DNA of 64,000 bases from Salisapilia sapeloensis CBS 127946 (taxonomy: Eukaryota; Protista; Oomycota). The translations under genes and the position numbers were made by a program. Positions 28,295 to 40,270 of this stretch are shown here, piece by piece (position 1 is the stretch's first letter; every line of letters begins with the position of its first letter). The stretch spans positions 68,748 to 132,747 of the forward strand of contig JAADVB010000017.1 of the NCBI GenBank assembly GCA_023334545.1. Direction: 5' to 3'. The notes beneath the pieces were generated by a model, which was not told where the DNA came from, made no database searches, and was given only the letters and a program-made list of their open reading frames with translations.

Positions 28295-29371
28295 TTATTC
28301 TTCGACATTATCGTTCAAAGCCACACAGATTACAGCTTTGTGGTGACCAGTGTAGTGACGAACGGTCTCGCCTTGACTGACATCCCACAGCCGAGCGCTT
28401 TGATCCGATGAACATGTCACGAGGTAGGAGGATACGGCTGAGAAGGCGCAGTCCCATACCCATCGCTGGTGGCCTTGTAGCGTATGCAGCAGCCGACTCG
28501 GATCTACTGTCATGGACTTGTCTCCTTCATCGCTCCTGCCACCACTATCCGTCTCATCATCTTCACCTGGCATCTCTTCCTCCATAATACCAGCAATATT
28601 CCACACCTTAGCTGTCGAGTCAGAGGAACATGTTGCCAGCATACGACCGTCGTAGCTCACTTTGGACTTGAGAATGTAAGCGTCATGCGCCTGCAATGTC
28701 TTCCGGAGTTCATACCGGTCCGGTCCATTCGGCGCGTAAAAAAAGACTTGACCAAGGTTGTTGCTTGCAACCATGGCACTGGCATCCTTGACAATATCCA
28801 CACATCTGATGGCACTTTCAGCTCCAGGTGGAGAGAACTTAGGCGACGTAACGCTGGAAGTGAGGTCGTGGACGTGAATATTTCCGTTCTGATCTCCGAT
28901 AATTAGCTCTGCCTGGTTTGGATGCAATGCTATCGAGTTAATCGGTGCTCCACCACAGTCAAAGCTTCGCTGGGCGGAGGGAGCTCGTAGATCCCAGATC
29001 TTGACCGTCCCATCGTCCGAACAAGAGTACATCCATTTGCCATGACGTTGGAATCCGACACCTGTGACGTTCCCAACGTGTCCATCGTAGCTCGTAACGT
29101 GGTTGGGATTATTGCTATTGATCTCAAACAATCGGATGTTCGGGTTCCCTGCTGCCGCGATGTATTTACGATCGGGTGTAATCTGAAGGCAATTCACTTG
29201 CTAGTAAAGTCGATAAAACGTTGTCAGTATGGAGTATTTAAGCGTCAAAAGTTGTCTAGAGAGAGGTACCGAATCAGGGTACTTGACCGTACGATTGCAA
29301 GTACCGGAAGCTGCCTCCCAAAAGCGAATGGTATGGTCATAACCTGCCGTCGCTAATACCACGTTCGACAT
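28295..29371 (-). CDS. LST8: TOR complex subunit LST8 (WD40), 335 aa; intron 29201-29269
   Basis: [49 protein letters not shown]. Confidence 0.96.
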
Positions 29372-29483
29372 TTTGAGTTCGTTGTTTGATGTTGTGTACG
29401 AAAAACTATCTAAAAGAATGTATACTGTATACACATTTGTAACATTTAGTCAGCCATATTTACATTTGCAAGCGCAAATAAGG

Positions 29484-30105
29484 ATGAAGACGATTGTCTT
29501 CCTATTACTACTACAGGCGCTATGTCTGGTATATGGCTATCAAGTAGACTCTACAACTCCTCCGACGCCTGATACGAGGTCGCTACGCCAACCTGCGGAG
29601 ACGAAAAGCGCTCGCGTCGTCCATCGAGCGTATGACCCAGTCACCGGGCTCTTCTGTGACCTCGTGGGAGCGTGCTACCCTTGCGCTGAAAGCGAAAAGG
29701 TAGTGCTGTATCACTCGAGTATATATATTATAAGCTAACTTTTCTTTGCTAGGACATTGATCATTGTCGACAGACGCAGCATAAGCAGGAAATGCGATGT
29801 CCTCGTTCGAACGGGACGTACGGTCAGTTCGATCACGTAGAGCAAGATGAAATTCGATTCAAAGCCTGCGACCCAGAAGAAGAACCAGAGCCGATCGTGC
29901 ACGTTGCATTCTTCGAGGTATTCTCATTACTTGTGATTGTTATAGAAAAAGTATTAAAAGGAGATAGATGGCAATGATGGCATTATTCGGAACATCTTTC
30001 GTCCTCTTAAAGAGAGAACAGCGCAAGCACATGAGCGCCTTTGACTTGCGTAAAGAACCTCAGCAACGTTCGAATCTGATGGGCAAGCATAAAGGCAATG
30101 ATTAA
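29484..30105 (+). CDS. JTB-like single-pass membrane protein, 172 aa, 3 exons (29484-29699, 29753-29917, 29968-30105)
   Basis: Signal peptide; Cys pattern CDLVGACYPC...HCRQTQHKQEMRC...FKAC; FFE followed by a TM helix and KREQRK tail. Confidence 0.75.
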
Positions 30106-30139
30106 ATGTCAAAATGGTTGCATTCAAGTACTAGACACT

Positions 30140-30685
30140 CTATTTTCGAAACGTTCCTTTGAGCTTTGGCAAAATCGGTGGCGCATCGACACGTTCATTG
30201 AAGCGTACGTTTTCAGCACCATCAAACTTGTCCTTCTTACGTGACCCCGTTTGCTGGAACTCCTTCTCATAACGTTCTTGATCCGTCATCTTCTTCTCCT
30301 TCTTCTTCTCCTTGCGTTTGTTCAAGAAAGCTTTTCGCTTTTCACTCGATTTCTTCGACTTCTTCGCTTCTTGTGTGACTACTTGGCGTACTTCGGCATT
30401 CAGACGCTTGTTAAACTGTCTGATGGACTCATTCGGCTTAATCGAACTAAACTTTGACTTCTTTTTGGCACCAGGGTCGCTGCTATCGACAACAGAAGAA
30501 TTGACAACGAATTGCTCAATCGAACTGACGTCTGCTGCCTTGCGTTTCCGCTTTTTCGATCGCTTCGATTCGGTCGGAGGTAAATCTTTACCACCACCAG
30601 CACCCTTCTTCTTTCCACTATCTCGAGTACCTTTAAAAAAAGGGTCACATGCCTTGAGCTTTCGCTTGGAAGCTAGTCTTCCCAT
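30140..30685 (-). CDS. Small basic nucleolar-type protein (CCDC137-like), 181 aa
   Basis: K/R-rich; KLKACDPF, ESIRQFNKRL and VRFNERVDAPPIL resemble CCDC137 family motifs. Confidence 0.65.
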   Translation of the reverse strand: MGRLASKRKLKACDPFFKGTRDSGKKKGAGGGKDLPPTESKRSKKRKRKAADVSSIEQFVVNSSVVDSSDPGAKKKSKFSSIKPNESIRQFNKRLNAEVRQVVTQEAKKSKKSSEKRKAFLNKRKEKKKEKKMTDQERYEKEFQQTGSRKKDKFDGAENVRFNERVDAPPILPKLKGTFRK

Positions 30686-30822
30686 TCTTGTCGATGTGTT
30701 GGTGACTGGTGTCAAATCTCCCGAAGCGGTATACAAAAATAGAGTATAGATCTTGAAGGGGTGCATGTAGCCATATTTCAGAGGTTTCAAGTGCCATTCG
30801 ATAAACTTTACGAAGAGGAAGC

Positions 30823-31622
30823 ATGTACATGCACACGACGTCCATCCACTCGTCTCGACGGAAGCGTACGAGACTCACATCCTCACGACTTCGTCGATCG
30901 AAGTTGCTGACGGAAGTTGCTATCCGAAAACTGAACTTGGATCCGGAGAAGACGGAGCGAATGGAACACATTTCAGAGCAACTGTCGGCCGATGAAATTG
31001 AGTTTTTTACCCATATCTTCAAGCAGATCGATGGTAACTAGTGCTCATATGTGTTTGTGGAGTTTATGCACGACTGTTGTACGTAGTGGATGAAATCGGC
31101 ATCATGTTACGCTCGGAACTGCACGAGGTAGATACTTTCGACGTGGAAGCTATGCCAATTGCTTATATTATATTCTACTAGGGCCTCACGTTGCTCGGTG
31201 TATCCGTGACGGATAAAGAACTGGATGAGTATCTACTGATTGCCGATGCAGACGGTAGCAAAGCGATTGATCTCCAAGAATGGATCGTATTATGTGGGAT
31301 GCTGGTGAAACCACCTCACGATGAACAAGACATTCTGTCCGCATTCAACTGTCTCTTTCCAAACGAAGAAGACATACCTGTTGTCGTCTTTCGTACGAAA
31401 ATGCAGCGATTGCTTGAAAACGCCTATGCCCATCTCCCAGATTGCAACCAGCACGAAGTCAGTTGTTACGTCGATGACATCTTAAGTTGTCTCGATCCCA
31501 ACGACACGGAATGCATCGACGTCCAAGAGTGTGTTCGACTTCTATCAAGCACCCACCAGTCTACAGCCACTCCAGCCTTCGCTTCAGCAGATACCACGTC
31601 GTCGACAGCCGAAACGGAATAG
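30823..31622 (+). CDS. EF-hand (calmodulin-like) protein, 230 aa, 3 exons (30823-31033, 31087-31127, 31182-31622)
   Basis: Spliced loops DVDEIGIMLRSE, DADGSKAIDLQE and DPNDTECIDVQE. Confidence 0.82.
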
Positions 31623-31788
31623 AATAAAATAAGATAAACTTTTCTTTAACATGTTATCCGAAGGTCGCGCGAATATCTGAGTATGAAGAAGAACATATAC
31701 TCAAGGTGGAATCGGGATCGTTTTCTACCTTCTTGCGCTTAGAACTGTACTTTGCGTCCACTTCCGATAATTAAACTTACTTGATACG

Positions 31789-34057
31789 ATGGCCATGCAC
31801 GCCTCCACGTCTGAAGACAGTGACGGTCAATTTTGGCAAGATCTTGTCGAAAATAGCGTCGAGTGCGAGTTATGCAATGAACCGTACGATGATGAAGACA
31901 CACACGTACCGCGTTTACTCACTTGCGGACATACTTTCTGTCAGGTATGTACTCCCCCGTCTACCTGCTCCTCTAATTTGTATTTATGATCATGATATAT
32001 AGCAATGTCTCGAAGACTGGTCGACTACACCGCACCATACTCGTGCAGACGTCGGCGATCTGGCCGTCATGGACTGCCCCACCTGTCGTAATCGTACGTC
32101 CTATGACGGAGCGGCCGGTGCACGTAGTTTACCTAAAAACTACGAACTCCTTCGCGTCCGTCAGGAGATTAAATCCTATTCTCAGTCTCAATTAAACCAT
32201 CTCAAGGCTCGTTGGAACACGCGTGTATCGGAAAAGGAAGAGATGGCTCGGAAAGCTCAGATGCAGGCTTTGAAAGCGCAGGAAGAATCGGAAGCAGCGG
32301 CGGAACGAGCAGCCACTTTGGCTGAACAAGTCCAATTGAACGAACAGGAGAAGAAGAGTGCGCAGGATATGGCTGAGGAAGCTCGACAGAGGGCGTTGCA
32401 AGCTTCGAAGCAAGCGGAAGCGCTGCAGTCCGAGACCGACCAACTAAAGGAACAGCTACGACAGGAAGCGACGCAGCTCGCACGTGTCCAAAGCGATGCG
32501 TCGACTGCCGCGCAAGCTGCGAAGGAGATGAACGCGCGAGCAGAGATGCTTCAGCAGCAAGTAGACAAGGTCAGTGCTCAATTATCTCTTCATTCCGGAC
32601 GTCATGATCCGTCCAAACTCGTTGTTCTGGTGTGTGAACCGACGACCGTCGGATCGTGGCTTCTTCCCTATACGCGTTATACCGTCATCAGTTGTGCGAG
32701 CGACAGTGCTCAGCCTCTAGATGCGTATGAAGCAGCGAAGACATGGACAAAGACTCGAGAGTTAGCGGAAAAGAGCTCTTCTGTCCGCGTCTATCGTCGC
32801 TATAGTGACTTTGTGTGGCTGCATCGACAACTACGTCGTCGTTTTCCATTCGAACTCGTACCAAAGCTCCCTGGCAAGCAACTTTTCTTTAATAAAGACA
32901 AGGAGTTTGTCGGTGAACGCATGCGACTGCTCCAGGCTTTTGTTCGTGACGTCCTGCGTCAATCGTCTCTTGCGTCTGCACAAGACGTTCGATCGTTCCT
33001 TTTGTCCACGACGGAAGAGCTCGAGCAGATCCGAAAGGCTTCCAGTATGGTCGGAGATGAAGTGGAGCAAGGAGATCAGTCGTGGATGGAAGAAGAGGCG
33101 ACGTGGGATGAGCTAGAACCAACGATGGAAGAGAATAGCTCGAACCTCTCGACTAGCCCAGCTTTAAGTTCATGGGCAAATTGGGACAATGTGTCCAAGT
33201 GGACGTCGACTGCTGTGAGTTTCGTGAGTTCAACAGGCTCGAAACTCAGTCAGAATCTACAGAAGAAGGAGCGGAAGCAAAAGGAGGATCGAGGTGAGAT
33301 GGAGTTATCCAGGAGTCTCGTCTTGCCGCATGAAGAAGGGTACGATCCTTCCCTCATGGATGGGAAGAAGAAGAATGTCCAACGTGTCGAGTTGAGACGA
33401 CAGTACATTGATATCGGACAAAAGTATGAAGACGCGAGTCAAAAAGGTGGACACCTGGCGCGATTGGAACGACAGCGATCGAGACACTTGCATCGTGTGT
33501 CAGAGCTTTTGCATGCGATGGATACGTTGGATCAAGATGCTTTACGTAAGACCAAGGAACGTCTCGCGGCATCGACGGATGGACGCATGGGTCAGGATGA
33601 TGATCTGCGCTTTGAAGCTCGGACGTTTGATGCGAGAGCGTCCGATACGTTCAGTGCGTTTTCGCTTGGTGCGAAGAACCATGCCGACTGTGGCGAGTAT
33701 GCGTTGCTGGAAGTCATGCGGATGCAGACGCTCGAACTGGGTGCGATTGAAGACGCGTTCACGCGTATTCGTAAACGTGAAGAAGCGTTGACAAAGGCAT
33801 CGCACGCGTCTTCCAAAGCGGGATCTCAGGCAGCTGCGAATGAAACGCTCGGGTCGTGGCAAGCGACGGCACAGCGGAAGACGGAGCTGCGTCGACATCG
33901 GGAAGATGTGATGGATAAGGTGGAGGCGATGGATCCGAAGCGAGCGGCGTTTGTGGCACAGACGCTTGCGAGAGGTGCGATGGAGATGGTGACGTTGGCA
34001 AAGGAACGTCGAGAGTTGTTTGAAGACTCGTACAAGCAACTCAAGTGGAAGCGCTGA
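31789..34057 (+). CDS. RING finger - coiled coil - PX domain - helical (BAR-like) sorting-nexin-type protein, 736 aa; intron 31945-32002
   Basis: RING CELC...CGHTFCQQC...CPTC; A/E/Q coiled coil; PX VYRRYSDFVWLHRQL...PKLPGK...ERMRLLQAF. Confidence 0.88.
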
Positions 34058-34106
34058 AGATATATATATTTGCATTTAGAAAAAGAAATAAAAACAAATC
34101 GACTTT

Positions 34107-34817
34107 TTACTGCGTATAGGCTGTGTATGGTGGTGCGACTTTCGCGCAATACGTTTGCATGGATGGTAAATCGAACTCGACTGGGTGTTTGAAGGCCGAG
34201 ACATTGCTGACTGCTTTTGATCTCTCCTTTCTACGTGGCACTGTCTTCGTTGGAGATGGAGCAGATACGAGTGACGCGATGAGCTTTTCATACTGTTCGA
34301 ACTGGTTTTCAGTCGTGTCGATTAAATCCTTGAGCTCTTCCACTGGTAATCTACTAGAGGTGTCCGGTAGACAGCACTCGAACGCCGTCTCGAGGTTGGT
34401 GGCGAGAGCTTCGCCTAGTTCCACGAGCTGTCTTGCATGGTCCCATGCAGGCTCAATGGTATTCTTACTCGAAAGTTCCGTATGCGTAGCAAAGCATTTC
34501 ATCCATGCGAGTTTCCCACGAACTAGTAGGCCCGGTAATTGCTTTTGGAGCGCAACAAGACGTTCGGTCGCCTTTTGCCTCGTTTCAAAAGCAAAGTACT
34601 GATTTGCACTGAGACCGTTCTGGTCTACGAGAGAGCCTGCTCTACTTGATGGCACGCATGTAGAGCTGCGCTGAAGAGAAAGTCGAGCATTCGACAATTT
34701 GTGACACAGTAAACCGGAATGCTCAGAGAGTTTGCTTCCATTACTACTTTGTTCTGGACTACTGTGTAGATTTCGCAAGCTCGACTCAAACCTGTTTAAC
34801 TTCCAGGACTTCTCCAT
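34107..34817 (-). CDS. Hypothetical protein, 236 aa
   Basis: ATG-started ORF converging on the PX gene with a 49-bp gap; helical central part; no recognised domain. Confidence 0.6.
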   Translation of the reverse strand: MEKSWKLNRFESSLRNLHSSPEQSSNGSKLSEHSGLLCHKLSNARLSLQRSSTCVPSSRAGSLVDQNGLSANQYFAFETRQKATERLVALQKQLPGLLVRGKLAWMKCFATHTELSSKNTIEPAWDHARQLVELGEALATNLETAFECCLPDTSSRLPVEELKDLIDTTENQFEQYEKLIASLVSAPSPTKTVPRRKERSKAVSNVSAFKHPVEFDLPSMQTYCAKVAPPYTAYTQ

Positions 34818-36340
34818 CCTGCTTGCTCAACGTGTGCTGATTAGTTGTAAGCAAATTGTATTTATAGCGAAGAAACTTTACATCTAATGAAATGGTACTC
34901 TTGCTTGATTGAGTTCTACTGCTACTGATAGTTCTTCTTAATGCTTTGTCGACCGACTCGGACATATCAGCTCGATCTGAGGGGCTTTATTATTACTTCA
35001 CACTGCATCACTTGCGTACTTCTTTGCAACTCGAAATTAAGGTCGGCAAGGTGTTCGTAACCAATATAGTTGGGCTGAAGTCATATTTAAATGTGATGAA
35101 CATTGATTTACCACTTTCTCTATGTTTCCAATTTATTTGTTGTGCGTACCAGTATGTCCTGGCGCATTGTGGGTTTGCAAGCTGACACCGAGCGTTTACA
35201 AGTGTATATATTCATAAATTAAAGCTCAATACAACTTGTCAAAGGTTGTATACCTATCCACAAGTGACTGAAATTTGCAGTAAAAGATCAAAAGCCGTAC
35301 TGGAGGCATCGACGAAGTGTTTGTGAAGCAGATAATCGGGTAATATTGAGCGGGTATTATGCATCGTGACCAAACTCGCAAAACCCAGAATAGGAGTCAT
35401 TGTCCAAGTCTTTGGCGGCACATTCTATGCTCACGTCGCTCTCTACCTTTCCTTTTCTATCCACGTATATCGTCCACTCTTCAGCCAAGCTTTGGTGGGT
35501 TATAGCGTCGAGCGTATCCTCAGAAGCCCTTCAGGTTGAAGTCGCATTCGATTTATTCCCGACATTGATCTCTTCGCCATTTCATTGGGACGGAGTACAG
35601 TGTGAGTCAAAAATGTTGGCTAATTATTCCATCATACCACTGTACGATGCCTATCCCGAAATAATAGCGAAGGGCTCACTAGCGCAAGTAAAGCGAAGAG
35701 CTCACCAAGTCTTTCGCGCGCTTTTTCAAATTTGCACATTTTGACTTCCAGGCGTGGCTCGTAGTCTTCTCGAAGATCGTTTCCCCATGATTGCATCAAA
35801 GACGAACGATCATTTGCTTGCATATTCCTTGTTTGAGAGGAAAGCTATATTGAAGTGTTGTGTTAGGTTTTTAATGGCAAGTGGCAAACACACTCGGCTA
35901 TTCTCAACGAACGCGAAATTGCCCGATTTAACTTTTATGAAAAGAATAACGAAAGATAAATTCCAATGTTACCGAAGCAATATTCAGCGCGAATACGGCC
36001 TAAAAATTAAGGAGCTGAACATACTTTTTACTATACGGATGTTCTCTGCAACTTTTCAATCCTTACAGTTCTATCTTTCCAGTAACTTAGTGTGTATCCT
36101 CATGCTTTTTATATGTGATGAGCTCAGTGTGGCGTTTCTTTCATCATCTACTTCAACCGCCTTATTCTCCTCTCGTGATTTTAAATGTGTTTGGGCTACT
36201 TGCTCACCATCGGATGACCACACCAAACTCAACCGATCTTTGTCGATTTCCTCGACACCATTTTACTATTTTCCCATTTATTCCATCCTCACCAAGACAC
36301 TATCAAAGATAAAAAGTACGAAAAGAACATGATTCCAAAA

Positions 36341-38068
36341 CTAGACATTCGGTTTTGCATTCCCATTAACTGTGTTCTCTTGGACACTCGACGGAGGTTT
36401 TACATTCTGCATCATCGCCTGGTGATTCGCTCGTTTAGCAGATTCTAATTCTTGCACTTTCTTCGCTCGTCGAACATACTTTTCTCGTGCCCCGATATCA
36501 ATCACACGTTTTACTTTATCATGGTACTTGTGTAGCATCTGGGCGTAGGCAGAGAATCCGAGGTTGTCCATCGACTGGATTATATGCGGTCCAGCGATCG
36601 ATGTCTTCTTCCCTTGTGTCTTAGCAGTTCGAGTCACCGCGTCGTCTGCCACTTCTGCCTCATCCTGCGCTTCACTCGTGGCAAAGAGAAGGAACTCTGT
36701 CACACACTCTTGCATGCAAGCAATGGCATCGTCATCAATTTTAATAGAAGATTTTAAACGTCGTTTGCCCTCCTTCTTCCCTCCTTTACATCGATCATTG
36801 CTTTGTTCCTGTGTATTGACATCCGTTTCCTTTGTATCTATCGGTATCAAAGCCTTTTGCATGACTTTACTGATACATTGAGGAGCAAAATAGAGCTTCG
36901 GCTCTCCTTCTTCATCCACTTTACAAGTACGAGCAGATAAGTCGACGTCAAATTGCTGCTTAATCTGTTGTGTTGTCAATGGCTTCGTACTCTCCACCTT
37001 GGTCTGTTTATTCGCTACCGAGGTATCACTAGCCACTGGTCGTTTCTTACCAATGCCAAGTCCAGACTGCATTGCCTGGGTCTTCATGCTACTGTACAAG
37101 GCTGCGATATTCGACTGTCGCTTCTCTTCCTCTGCAGTACTCACGCCTGGGATCTTGGCGGCACTAAGTAATTGAGCTAAGCGATTCTGAATGTAATCGA
37201 ATTTAGACTGGAGATCACTCGGCCATTTCTGTTGAGCCTGAAGTTCAGCACGTTTGGCACTTCCAATGTCACGAACGTCTCGTTGAGCGAGTGCTAAGAG
37301 ATCACGATCGTAGCAAAGCTGAAGCCATGCCGTGAGTTCGTTTAAAGCTGTTCCGACGTGTATTTCATTCTTGGCATGATGGAGACGAGCAAGTGCTCGC
37401 ACGAGGGTTTCCATGTGCTCGCCCCGACTCTTAATCGGCTTTTTTACAGGCGGTTTCTTTGTCTGCACTTGCGAAGAAGATGCTGTATTGGTACTAGGCT
37501 TCGGAGCAGTTGAAGACGCTGTAGAGGTACTTGCTCCACTAAGCATGTGCAGATTAGAAGACTTAGCAGCTTGCTGCTGCTGTACGAATTGCTGTTGGAG
37601 CTTTCGTAATTGGTCCTGCTGCGCTCGCATCTTTTGCTCCATATCTGCACTAACAACAGCCGACTGTGCTTTTGGTTTTGAATGGCTAGAAGCGACTGCA
37701 GCGCCCATGGACTGTAGGTATTGCTGCATTTGCTGATCTAACGCAGTCGATCGCCGACGAGATTCTTCCGCAGCTTGTGCCAGGCTATTGTTTGCATTGG
37801 ACTGAGATTGGCTACCTGCTTCTTTGCTCTTGATACGCTGCTGAAGTCGCTGCTGGATCTCCTGCATCACTTCTTGTCGGTCCGAAGGAGACGATGTTGG
37901 TGGTGACGACGTCTTGGGTGCTCCTGCTGGCGCCGTAGTCGTCTTTGTTGTGCTTACATTGGGGACCGTGGTAGAAGGAGGCGTGGGAGTTGGCTGCGTT
38001 GCCTCTGTTGCAGGGGCTGTAGCCTCCGTCGCCTGCGATCGCGACGCGTCTCCGAGATCGTCTGCCAT
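36341..38068 (-). CDS. Q/S/T-rich protein with C-terminal NF-YB/Dr1-type histone fold, 575 aa
   Basis: FAPQCISKVMQKAL...KIDDDAIACMQECVTEFLLFATSEA...SIAGPHIIQSMDNLGFSAY. Likely start MADDLG at 38068. Confidence 0.82.
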   Translation of the reverse strand: MADDLGDASRSQATEATAPATEATQPTPTPPSTTVPNVSTTKTTTAPAGAPKTSSPPTSSPSDRQEVMQEIQQRLQQRIKSKEAGSQSQSNANNSLAQAAEESRRRSTALDQQMQQYLQSMGAAVASSHSKPKAQSAVVSADMEQKMRAQQDQLRKLQQQFVQQQQAAKSSNLHMLSGASTSTASSTAPKPSTNTASSSQVQTKKPPVKKPIKSRGEHMETLVRALARLHHAKNEIHVGTALNELTAWLQLCYDRDLLALAQRDVRDIGSAKRAELQAQQKWPSDLQSKFDYIQNRLAQLLSAAKIPGVSTAEEEKRQSNIAALYSSMKTQAMQSGLGIGKKRPVASDTSVANKQTKVESTKPLTTQQIKQQFDVDLSARTCKVDEEGEPKLYFAPQCISKVMQKALIPIDTKETDVNTQEQSNDRCKGGKKEGKRRLKSSIKIDDDAIACMQECVTEFLLFATSEAQDEAEVADDAVTRTAKTQGKKTSIAGPHIIQSMDNLGFSAYAQMLHKYHDKVKRVIDIGAREKYVRRAKKVQELESAKRANHQAMMQNVKPPSSVQENTVNGNAKPNV

Positions 38069-38465
38069 GTCGTTTTTTCGCGTTGTGTTTGACGCCAAAG
38101 GAACGTTATAAGGTATAAATATTACTTCAAATACATTTGTGGCTATATTTGGATTATATTTGAACTTGAAGCGAGAGCTTGAAAGGATGTGCATTGATAC
38201 AGGGAGCTAAGCTGTCTTCCGTGTCAAAATGGAGAATGAAATGCTTGTTTTGTAGAGTAAGAGTCTATCGCATAAAGGATTAGACTCACAGAGCATATTA
38301 ATCATATGCTACTGAGTGTCTTGAGTATAGAATTGACTCCTTCGCCTTCATATCGTTGCATATCATTCGAATATAAAGTGAAGTTAATTGGAGTAGTTTC
38401 GGCTATAAATCCATTTCCTTAAAGCAATTTATTTTCCTTTTAATTTGTTAAGAAAATAGATGTAT

Positions 38466-40023
38466 TCAATCCAGCAAGTTCCGTAGTTCTTGTGCCCGTA
38501 CCGCAGCGCGTTCACTCTCTTCGGCAAACTCGGACACTGCGTTTGCAGCCATCTCTTGACGTTGCCATGCTGTGGAGTTATACACCACTTGCTCTACGGT
38601 CGCACATAGTGCAGCCGAGCTAACTCTGGCGTGGCTCGTGTCAGATCCAGGCGTCATTCCCTGCCAGAATTCATATCCAGTGTTCACCAGGATACCGCTC
38701 TCTTTATTCTGCACCATCCTGTTCATCGGTGGTGCGTCTGCGGAGATGACAAGTGCACCTAGGGATCTAGCAGCACTCACAGAATGCGGGAACCCAGCTT
38801 CATCCTGACCAGTAGCAATACTAATGACACTTTGCGCCATCTCTCGACTGCTTTCTTCCACATGGTCATTGGATAGAGATACTTCATGGAGTTTAATAGC
38901 GGATCGGGTGGAGGAAGCTGCTTCCAAGGCCTCGCGTGCAGACTGGTACGTAGAAGGAGAGACATAGAGGTCCAGTGGAGGTAGATCAGATCGAGACAGC
39001 CAGCAGTCCACTACCTGTTGCGTTCCTTTCCAAGGAAATGGACCTGCCAAATGTCCAAATCGGAGATTGACAAAGTCTAAAGCTGGACGAGGTGTCTTTT
39101 CATGTGCGATGAGACCATAGTTGATGGTCGTATGATTCGTCTGAAGCACTAACGTATCTCGTGGGTTACTATATGACAGCTCTTGCTTTGCTTTGGATAG
39201 ACAATTGCTCGAGCGACAGACGACAATGTCTGCGTCTCGATAGTGAGGAGGTTTAATGTCGAAGAGACCACTCGTAGTGGATGTTGAAGGCACGACGACT
39301 ACTTTCTTCGATGTTGGGATGTCTTCTGATGCTCGAGGAGACTTTAGATTGTTTTCGAACGCATCATTAATGTAGACAATAGCTGTGGATGGGCATAATT
39401 CGTGGTACTTGACCTCCTTGTCTTCAGATGGAACGTAGAAAGAGCTTGAGAGGACCCAAGACGGCAGCAAACGAGCTTGCAAGTCTATCATACACGGTTT
39501 TCAGTTACTTGCATGACAAAGAGATACTTGAATACGTACAGGAAGCATAGAATGTGGCATCGAGGCAATTTTCTGGTGTGCGCGCATCGCTCGGTAGGAA
39601 CACATCGACTTTCGGACAATCGCGAAGCTTGGATAGCAGATTGACATCACTTTCCACGATCAATCCATTCTTTCCATCCGCTGGCATGATACTATCCACC
39701 TCTTGTTCGCAAATATCCTTCATGTCAACCCAATGCATATTCTGCTCACGCGTCATGGCACCACCTCCAGTCATATAAGTGGATGGATTTAATATGGACG
39801 GACCACTGGAGCCGTTTACAGCAGCGAAAACAGCCAGAATGAGCGCGCACGTGACGCCAACGAGACCTGTGAGCTGTCCAGAAGTGAGTTGAGCTGCTTG
39901 GACACGGACATCATCTGCCGTTTTCTGTAGCGAGCTCGTGAGACTCTGGTTGGCTTCCGGCTCTGGCTCTACTTTTCGTTGGGATGTCGTCGGCTCGGCT
40001 TCTGTGGTATCTTCATTCGGCAT
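38466..40023 (-). CDS. Type II membrane GT-B (GT4-like) glycosyltransferase paralog 1, 500 aa; intron 39485-39539
   Basis: TM anchor; CPKVDVFLP...CLDATFYASYLQARLLPSW; YHELCP; AARSLGALVISADAPPMN. Homologous along its length to the gene at 43854-45472. Confidence 0.82.
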
Positions 40024-40270
40024 CTTGGTGCTTTTTTCGAAATGGAATCGCATGAAGTTGATAGAACTTGCTCGAATAAAATTTTGGATTCTCAAGATAA
40101 TTCTTTGAATGAAAGGATTTAAATATTAGATGAACAAATTAAAAGGCATGACACTATCGAGGTAAAAGCTAGGTTGGGGACATGTAATTTGCTATGTTGA
40201 AGTGACTAAATCTTTGGATCGCGTATATCTTGAAAGGACGCAGAGGGGAAGCTTTCATCCAAGTGAAGAC

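Noticed and set aside
35093-35185. GTGATGA ... CTGA spaced like a C/D snoRNA
   Set aside because: No convincing terminal stem, no internal C'/D' boxes and no recognisable rRNA complement.
35340-35600. Minus-strand frame interrupted by two TGA codons (possible Sec or Trp recoding)
   Set aside because: TGA terminates well-supported genes here (PX gene, GOSR2, TPGS1-like). There is no redox motif or SECIS-like element, and a TAA closes the frame upstream.
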